The notes beneath the pieces were generated by a model. The model saw only the letters and a program-made list of their open reading frames with translations. It did no database searches and had not been told where the DNA came from. The position numbers and the translations under genes were made by a program. A stretch of DNA of 64,000 bases from contig RSEE01000093.1 of NCBI GenBank assembly GCA_003971905.1, forward strand, positions 62,001 through 126,000, written 5' to 3'. Shown in pieces: positions 53,708-64,000 of this stretch (its first letter is position 1; every line of letters begins with the position of its first letter). The DNA comes from Moniliella sp. 'wahieum'. Taxonomy: Eukaryota.

Positions 53708-54759
53708 ATGGCCACCGCCCTCGACAGCCTCAAGCAGTACACCACCGTTGTCTCCGACTCGGGTGACTTTGAGAGCATCGCCCAGTACAAGCCTCAGGAT
53801 GCGACCACCAACCCCTCGCTGATCTTGGCCGCGGTCAAGCAGGAGAAGTACGCCAAACTCATTCAGCCCGCTGTCGAGTACGCCAAGAGCAAGGTACGCC
53901 CCCTCCTCCGTGCTCCCTGGTGGGGCTCGGTGTGTTCTTTGGGCGCACTTTACTGACCGTTCCCCCCCCCCCCCCAGGCCAGCACCAAGGAGGAGATCAT
54001 TGCTCTGGCTCAGGACCGCCTGCTCGTTGAGTTTGGCCAGGAGATTCTGAAGCTTGTCCCCGGCCGCGTCTCGACCGAGGTGGACGCCAGCCTCTCCTTT
54101 GACACGCAGGGCACCATCAACAAGGCTCTGCAGATCATCAAGTTGTACGAAGAGAATGGCATTAGCAAGGAGCGTGTGCTGATCAAGATGCCTCGACCTT
54201 TGACGGCATCCAGGCCGCGCGCATTCTCGAGAAGGAGCACGGCATCCACTGCAACCTGACGCTGCTCTTTGGCTTTGGCCAGGCGGTTGCCTGCGCCGAA
54301 GCTGGCGTCACCCTCATCTCCCCCTTTGTCGGCCGGATCCTGGACTGGTACAAGGCCACGACGGGTAAGGAGTACACGGCTGCCGAGGACCCCGGTGTGG
54401 CGTCGGTCAAGAAGATCTACACGTACTACAAGCAGCACGGGTACAAGACGGTCGTCATGGGTGCCTCGTTCCGCAACACGGGCGAGATTGAGGAGCTGGC
54501 CGGCGTGGACTTCCTTACGATTGCGCCCAAGCTGCTCGAGCAGCTCAAGAGCTCGACGACGCCCTTGACGCGCAAGCTTTCTCCCGAGCTGGCCCAAGCC
54601 GCCGAGGCCATCCCCAAGGTTTCCTTTATTGACGACCGCGCTGCGTTTGAGCTGGCGCTGTTTGAGGACCAGATGGCGTTTGACAAGCTCTACGGCGGCA
54701 TTCGTGGCTTTGCCAACGATACCAAGACGCTGCAGAGCCTGATTGCTGCAGCCATCTAA
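53708..54759 (+). CDS. TAL1: Transaldolase
   Basis: [71 protein letters not shown]. Intron 53894-53977; TATA-like element at ~53640. Confidence 0.97.
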
Positions 54760-55222
54760 GCCGATTTCCCCCTCCCTGGAGGGTGGACATTGGACACGTA
54801 TTGCATGACGGGTGTATTATTCCGATGTAGAAGTCTTCCGTGCACAAGCTCGGGATTGTTTTCTCTTACTTCGGCGTGCAAACGAAAAGCAGTAGGCGGA
54901 GCTGAGTATGTGCATTGGGTTGGATGAGAGGTGTCAATCACTTCGGGCTGCGTGAGCATCATCACTACTTGTTTCAGCCTGGAGGGTAGGTGTGCTGGCT
55001 TGGGTTGAATGGGTGCGTGGATTGACATGAGATTGAGAGCCAATGACCAACACGCGGCTTAACACGCACCAATGTATTTTCATACCCCAATCTACTGGCC
55101 AGGACTGAACCTAGTAACCTGCATCGGTTTGCTCAAGAGAGGCTATTGCGGACAAAAATGGGAAAGAACCACAACCGAAGCAATTGGCCGAACCGGCATG
55201 GCCTGCAAGTATTGTTCGTCTA

Positions 55223-57426
55223 TTACAGCTTGCTCTTGCAGCACGGTCGCTTTGGTTGTGGAGCACGCTCTTGTTGTCGGATTGCCGCGAGGGGGCACAT
55301 CGAGGGAGGGGTTGTAGTGTGAAAAAGTTGATGGGTTTGAGGGCCATGCAGACCGTCTCGACGGGCATGACGGGGAAACTGGGAGCGAGTCAGGATCCAG
55401 AAAAATATCGTTGGGAGAACAGAACAAACAAAAGGAGATTCACAACGTACTCTTCTACACGCGGATTGTGGGTAAAGGTAAAGGTGTGCCCAAACAACGG
55501 GATCCTGTCGGCCACCGCCTCGTTCCTCCCGGCCCACGACTTGATCCCTTCGCCACCACGCGAATGGTTGGTCCACTGGCCAGCGGGGAAGAGCTCGTGG
55601 TCTTGTACTTGGTCACCCAAATGGGTGTGGTGAGCAAAGTCACACCGGCGGCCGTGCCACGTCTTTATGCGCCAGCAGCCCTTGGCTGACAATCGGGATC
55701 AGCTTGTACCCCACAGGCCCACTTGGAGACCGGGTTGAGGATCTTGGGATTGACAATCTTGAACGTCCGCGCCCGCTCTGGTGCATTTTCTTCCGTGCCC
55801 GTCACCTCAATGTCGCGCGTCTGGGTCACAAAGCCAATCCCATGTGGGTTAGCCTCCTTGGTCGGCCCCCGTGTCGTAGGGCAGAGGCACACTGTCCTGT
55901 ACCTGCACCGTGTTGCCATCGCCGTCAAATCATAGGGTCAATGCGAAGGGAAAAGATGTGCGCATGGCTCGGTGCCAAAACGCCGTCGCCCACGCGTGTG
56001 CCCCACGCACAAGGCTCGTCGCTCTTGGGGTCAATCGGCACGGTGGAAAGGATGCCGGTTCGCACGCGTCTCAATCTCAATCTCACCACTTTGTCAACTT
56101 GACGCCAAACAGGTACTCGTAGTTGGATACCGTCAGGGTCTGTGAAGAAGCAGCTGACGCTTGCGCACCCACCCCCACGCCCGGTCCGATGATTGGTGGT
56201 GTTTCCACTGGATGCCCGAATCGATTTCGTGCATGCAGATCGCGTTGGGCTTGGGGTTGGCCTGGCCATTGCGCAGAAGCGTGTGGCCGTCAAAGTAGTG
56301 GATTAACCCGAGACAGTCGCACCCAAGGGCAAGATTGTTGGCCGACTGCCCAGCCCCCACATCGCCCAGGTCAAACGCTGCTTTGCGGTGAGTGGGGGTA
56401 AGGAGACGCGTACGGTACAAACATCTCTGCCAGGCTCACTGGGGGAAAGAAAAATGATGAAAGGCGAATCAATCACTAGTTAGTACACACCAACTCATGC
56501 CCCATAGCATGTGGCACAATCACTCACAGCGGTAAAACGTCTCCCGACCATCAAAGGTCATGTCGTGGAGAGTGAGCCCCTCGCGGTAATTGAACCCGAC
56601 GCGGAAGCGCCACTTTTCCCATTCGACCATCTGGCCTTGGACCTTGAACGACGCGCCCTCGGGCTGAATCACTTGCAACGGCTTGAGCGTCTCGCGCGTC
56701 TTGATCCCCATCAACTCGTGCGCATACTCGGGCTCGATCGGCGTGCCGGTGGTGAATTGGATGTCTTTGCTGGTTTCCGGATGGACACCGAGGGGAATGT
56801 GGTGCACATCCAACACCTTCATCTCGGTCATATCCGCAATCACCATAAAGTCAAGCGGGAAGGAATAGTGGCTCGAGTCGGGCGCATCGGCATGCTTGGG
56901 GTTTTTGGTAAAAAAACACTTGGACCAGACGCCGGTCCTCGGTCGCATTGTCCCGTCCATAGATCCATGTGTCCATCACCACCGACTTGGCCGGAGGCCG
57001 AGGCGCTCAAGTTCCTTGGTGACCATCGGGTCCTTGATACACAGCGCGGCCATGTCGTCCATCTCCATGCGGTCGGCCGGCGCATGTGATGGCGTGGCTG
57101 CTCGGTGCATGCAACAACCTTGCCGTTCGTCACATCCACCACCGCATCAAACAGACGCGGGGTGAAGCGGTAGAGGAACATGACGTAGATCTCGCGCGGC
57201 AAGTTGGGAAGGAGTTGCTGCTGGGCAGCCAGGTCGCCCTTGCGCTCGGCGCGGAGAAACGGGAGGAGGAAGGCCTTGGGAGGCTCGTGCAGACCGCCGT
57301 TCTTGAAGTGGAGCTCGACGCCACTGCCGCAGTAGGCGCGCAGGAGATCGGCGGCCTTGGTCAGCTCGGCGGCCGAGGCCGGGTCGAGCGGGGGGGGGGG
57401 CGCGGCGCCAGCAGAGCGGAGGACAT
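55223..57426 (-). CDS. Copper amine oxidase (TPQ-dependent), probably peroxisomal
   Basis: PLDP..AAEL, WEKWRFRVGFNYREGL, AFDLGD.GAG..ANNLALGCDCLG, TPQ consensus N-Y-E at 56116-56124, HAH copper ligands, THNPRVE|DFPVMP, C-terminal CCKSKL-stop. Introns ~56427-56524 and 55379-55450. Confidence 0.95.
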
Positions 57427-57484
57427 GGCGGCGGGCAGGGGGGCGATGGAGGCAGACAGCAGAGGGAGACAGAGGGCGGGGGTG

Positions 57485-57491
57485 TTTTATA
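57485..57491 (-). promoter_or_regulatory. TATA box of the amine oxidase gene
   Basis: TATAAAA on the minus strand about 60 bp upstream of ATG 57426. Confidence 0.6.
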
Positions 57492-58599
57492 CCCCCACGC
57501 CCGCCTGGCCTGGCAAGGCTCCCGCCGGCTGCGGGGGGGGACTGGTGTGGAGCGGCAGTGGGGGCAAGAGCAGGCAAGAGCCATGTGCAGCAGCCATGTA
57601 CACTGGCTGCTGCTCTCTCCTGCGAGCAATGGAAGAACGCAAGGATCATCGATCGATGACGCCGGGCCTCGGGCACTGGCCCACTCCTTCCCCAGACACG
57701 GCCCCGGGGCTCTGGCTGGCTCACCGCAGCCTGCTACACTGGCCGTGTGCCTGAGCCAGCGCAGGGGTGCGTCGCGTATCAGCACGCACACCCTGACGCC
57801 TGGCGCCGCAGAGCCACCCAGTACCCACTGCCCAATCTGCACCAGTTCCGCTGTGCTCCCACCGTCCAGGCGTTTTCCAGTGGCTGGCATCGTTGTTTTC
57901 AAGTGTGCGAGAGGAAGCCGCGTCACCGGCGCTGCCTCCCCTTCGTCTCCTTGCGGCATCTCTCCATTGCCGCTGTCGATCGCACCGAACCAAGGGCAGG
58001 GCCGCGTGCGGTGTGCTTCACACTCCAACTTCTGTTTCCTCCTTCAATCGTTTGCCCTCTCTCTCGTGGGACCAAAAAGCGACGCCCCCTATAGTGGTGA
58101 GTGTCGTGGTCGACACAGTCAAGCGTGAGGAAGACGACCTTGGCACCCACTTCACTAGTCCAGTCGAGACTCCTACGCAACCGCAATATAGCCGCGAGAA
58201 AATAAGCAGTCCTACACCAAACCATCTCTAATCACACGAATCACGCGTGGCCGACTAGATATCGATAAGAGCAGCGTGTATGTTGTGTTGAAGCCCAGAG
58301 CCGTGCACAGTGCGCACTGCCCCTGTGCCTGGGATGTCCGCCATCGGTGCAACAGAGCGTGTCGGCCAAGTGGTTTGGCTTGGGTGCATGTGGGCTCTGT
58401 TGGAGAACCGCGTATAACGCCGCTGGGACCAAATCATCTTCGACACCCTTTCCACCCGTCCTGCCTTCGTGACTCGTAGCCGCCACCTACTTCCGCACAG
58501 CACGGCCCAGTTTCCTCACACGGACAACTCAAAAACGCGACTGCTCTCTCACTTTTCTGTCCACATCTGTCCCCCTCACCGGCTCACCACCACACGATC

Positions 58600-59694
58600 A
58601 TGTCTGCCAAGGTCAAATCGCTCCTCGTCACCATCTCTCCCGTCTTTCGGATGCGCTTTTGGCCAAGCTGGGCAAGGCTGCTGAGCAGGTTCATGTTACC
58701 CCGTAAAAGAGAGTGCCCAGCCCTCTGCCGACGTGCTCAAAAGCGTCGACGCCATCTTCTGCACTGTCCATGGCCTACCGCCCTACATTACGGACCTTGG
58801 CAAGCAATGCCCGCACTTGCGCCTCATCCAAGCCTCCAGTAGCGGTGTGACCAAGGTGGTGGAGAGCCCCGGGTGGAAAGCGCTGTCGCCTCCACAGGCC
58901 AAGCCATCACTGTTACCAATGCGTCGGGCCTGCATGTAATCACCATTCCTCCCTGGGTCATCACGACGACCCACATGCTCTACCTGCGGATCAACGAGCA
59001 ATACGTCAATGCCCAGACCAAGGCCACCTGGATTGACAATCTCCCGGACCATCGTGGCCAGGTATATGCCGGCCGTACCGTTCGTGGGCGGACGGGGGCC
59101 TGTGGGCTATGGCCATCTTGGTCGCGAGACAGCCCGGCTGTTTAAGGCATTTGGAGCTCGGGTTATCGCGGCGAATACGCGCGGAACACGTGCCAAAGAT
59201 CACGGCTACGTCATTCCTGGTACAGGCGATCCCGAGGCTGTGCTGCCGGAAAAAATGTACAGTACCAGCGACGAAGCGAGCTTGACTGAGTTTTTGCAGC
59301 AAACGGATGTCCTCGTCGCTTCCCTTCCCTCCACCCCATCCACACGAGGATTTCTCACGCCGGAACGACTCGCGCTTCTGCCCAAGGATGCTGTCCTGAT
59401 TAACGTGGGGCGCGGGGACTTGGTCAAGACCGAGGTAGTGCTGGCGGCGCTCAACAAACCGTTGGACCAAGGCAACGGTCCCCTTGGGGCTTCGCAGCTG
59501 ACGTGACCGACCCCGAGCCGCTTCCGGATGGGTCTGCATTGTACACGCACCCGCGTTCGATCATCACCCCTCACCTGGCTGGTGATTCCGAGGGTGAGCT
59601 GGAGACCGCGACCGATATTGCGTACAACAACCTGCTCCGCCTTGCTGCCAATGATGAGCTACTTAACGTCGTCGACGTCGCCAAGGGGTACTAG
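58600..59694 (+). CDS. D-isomer-specific 2-hydroxyacid dehydrogenase (NAD-binding)
   Basis: LRLIQASSSGV, NASGLH, GYGHLGRETARLFKAFG, LPSTPST, LINVGRG, DVTDPEPLP, IITPHLAG. Confidence 0.93.
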
Positions 59695-61311
59695 ATGAAG
59701 CAATGCTGTACCCCCCCCCCCACGTTTGGCATCATAAAGGTGGCTCTTGCAGCATGCGTTCTCGTCCACAGTACGGCCCTCGATCGCGATGGGGGGATAC
59801 GTGCGATGATCCATCTGCTGCTCGGCGCATAATCGAATCTTGAGACTGTAATGTAACATTGGCATCGTGAGTAGCAGGCGTAAGGGTCATGTTACATGAC
59901 CAAAAATCATGGTTGCTGGGACGAAAAACTATTACTACAAGAATGACCCATAGAAGAGCTAACCTGAGTGCTGTTCAAGGTGCATGAAGAACCAGTTTAA
60001 TAGGCACACTGCTGCAAGAGCGCCATGCTTTGTGTTGCGTCAGTTCAGCCTTTTCCCCGCAACCGGAACCGCATAGATAGTATGTCCCTTCAAGCTTCAG
60101 TGCTTGCGAGTCTAAGAGGTAAGCAGTCCACTCTTCTCCTTTTCCAGCGCATTTGGCGACCTTCACCATCTTCGCCAGTCTCCTTACGTGTTATAAAAGG
60201 CGCGTCGGCCATAAATTACTTTGAATTCATTTCAGCCAGGCAGCTGCTCCTCTGCTCCGCGCTGCGCCCCATCTCGTCCGACACACTACCCTCGTTTGCC
60301 ATCATTGGATGATGCCACCTTGTTGCCCTCTCAGATCTCAGTTCCCCCATCGCCCACAGCATTCCCCATCGCTGCCATGCGCCCTGTACCCGTGATGGGC
60401 CAAAGGCCCATACAGCTATAGTCCAAGTGCAATGCTCATGTTCTCTACTGCCCATACTATGTTCGGGCACCGGGCAGTGTCCCACCGTATATACGCCGGC
60501 CTAACACACCGGCGCTGAGATCCTGCGATGGCAGCCACACAGGCCAGGCTCGGCTTTTCACGCCGTCAGCGGCTCCTGTCATGCCACCATGCACCATCGC
60601 GCTCCATATTGGACCTTGAAGCCGCGAAGCTGAGAAAAGCGGCAAGGGCCGAGGCCGCTGAGGCCCAGGTCCACTGCAACCCTGCCAGCATGAGCACGCG
60701 CTGAGAAAAAAACAGCGGACCAACCCGCACTTCGATGGGCGGCCATTATCTCAGCCTCGCATGTGCGGCCCCACGCAGGGGCGAGAAAAGGAGATGGCTG
60801 CAGTTGGGCTAACGCAGCAGCTCGCGTCAGCAGTCCCTTACACACAGTTGGTGCCGTTGATGGGGCCGGAGCGCGGTGCAACCTGGAAAGAGGGGGTTGG
60901 ACTAGAGCCAATGTCAGAACATCTGGGTCAGTATATCTCATCGATGGTGGAGAAGATCACTAGTACCTTGCGCATGCATCACGAGACGCCACAGAGTGGC
61001 TAATGCGCTAACGACACTGCACGGGCACAATCTGGCCTGGCCCCAGTCCACTTGGGTTGTCGCTCGCTCGCAATACACGTACGCCCCAGCCCACCTCTTG
61101 TCCGGCTGCTGGGGCAAGTGGCGAAAACCTGAGGTCCGTGCGCGCCTTGAAGCTCTGAGGCTCCGGCCTGAGGCTGGCAGCGATGGCCTCGATGACGAAT
61201 GATGTGGGGTGTCTGGGGTCCCCAGCCATTCCGATGAGACACCCCGATGCTGTTGGTGGCGCTGCGGTGGAAACGAGGCGCGGAGGTGTTCTGGCCAACA
61301 CTGTGTGGCCT

Positions 61312-61319
61312 TATATAAA
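61312..61319 (+). promoter_or_regulatory. TATA box of the Hmp1/CsbD-like gene
   Basis: TATATAAA about 100 bp upstream of ATG 61415. Confidence 0.65.
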
Positions 61320-61414
61320 TAGCCCCTGCTCTGTGCAATTACCACGACCACAAAGTACCCCTCTCTTCTCAGATCTCATCCTTTCCTCCTTTTCAAAACA
61401 ACTCTTGAACGAAT

Positions 61415-61822
61415 ATGGCGGCCTCCAACAACGACGAGCCCTCGCAGCTTAACGGCACTCTTCACCAGTACGTCCTGATGTCGTCTTTGAGTCTGACGTG
61501 CATGTTTCTTGCGGGCGTGGAACTTGCAAGCTGACCTGGGGGGCGGGTACTCAGGCTCAAGGGCGGCGGCGGTGGAAGCGGTTGGCGACCTGACTGGGTC
61601 CAACGACTGGAAGAAATCGGGGCAAAAGGAGCACACCCAAGGCGATGCCGAGGTGACCAAGGCGCAGACCAAGGCGTACGCCGAGGGCGCCAAGGAGCAG
61701 GGTAAGGGCTACCTCGAGTCGATCAAGGGCGCTGTTCTCGGCGACTCCCAGACCCAGGCCGAGGGCGCTGCTCGCGCGAGATTGGTGGTACCCAAAAGGA
61801 CGCCAACAACCCTCTCCGCTAA
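61415..61822 (+). CDS. Hmp1/CsbD-like small hydrophilic stress protein (mismatch/cruciform DNA-recognition protein family)
   Basis: EPSQLNGTLHQ|LKG.AVEAVGDLTGSNDWKKSGQKEHTQGDAE..AQTKAYAEG..GAVLGD.Q. Intron 61468-61554. Confidence 0.8.
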
Positions 61823-62326
61823 GAAGCAGATAGCTCTCCTTTTGGTCGGCGGCGGGTTAACATATGCCATTCTATGATACGGACTTCGGGTCGCTGCCAC
61901 ATGTCTCGTATTCGGTTCGGATGACGGATCCCACTGTAGAAGAGTCATCTCGTCCGAGCTGTAATCGTGGGACAACTGAAATCCTTAGCCGAGATGATAG
62001 ACTGAGTCTGACCGGGCGAGACCATCTGAAGCTAACAGTATAAGCTTAGCCAGTGCACTTTCGACGCTGAGCCTACACGCTGGTCACAGCTACATTTGTC
62101 ACGTCTGAAAGGGCACAACAGTTGGATGGTCATCTGAGCAGGGTTTTTTTTGCCTTTTCCCATCGATACTGTTGCCGCCGTATCTATGCGCAACGTTCGT
62201 GCACCAACTACAAGACATGAGCAATAAGTTGATATATTGAGTACGTAGATCAAGAGCATACCTATAGCGGGCGCAGTGTGGGGCCGTGACGACTGCAAGG
62301 ACAGAGGGAGGAGGATGGGAACCATC

Positions 62327-63991
<1,665 letters not shown>

Positions 63992-64000
63992 GAAGGAGGA

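Noticed and set aside
54860..54965. Minus-strand GTGATGA as a possible C/D-box snoRNA
   Set aside because: No terminal CTGA box or terminal stem, and no rRNA guide I could recognise.

Overview
GC-rich eukaryotic DNA from a basidiomycete fungus. Ustilaginomycotina is my inference from the short, sparse GT-AG introns with CTRAC branch points and an Hmp1/CsbD-like gene. Nearly every gene, including essential ones, carries several 1-bp indels, many at homopolymers. This points to an unpolished long-read assembly rather than pseudogenes, so gene models were stitched across frames and some ends are approximate. Recognisable genes in order: OSH4/KES1, DUF89/ARMT1 phosphatase, OCA6-like pseudophosphatase, TMA46, UPS1 (PRELI), type II NADH dehydrogenase, BCAS3-like WD40, HDHD5/CECR5 HAD hydrolase, SCOT, BCH-RhoGAP, a SHB17-like phosphatase-thymidylate synthase gene, an EI24/RRT8-like membrane protein, transaldolase, copper amine oxidase, D-2-hydroxyacid dehydrogenase, Hmp1/CsbD-like protein and phosphoglucomutase. 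Several orphan ORFs are also present. The most notable observation is an apparent single-polypeptide fusion of a sedoheptulose-bisphosphatase-like histidine phosphatase to thymidylate synthase, with an MCB-like promoter and about 3 kb from transaldolase. Also notable are a divergent orphan gene island (about 20.9-24.5 kb), a small orphan zinc-ribbon protein, and intergenic patches built from a few short, often palindromic words. All family calls come from motif recognition by eye; no searches were run.
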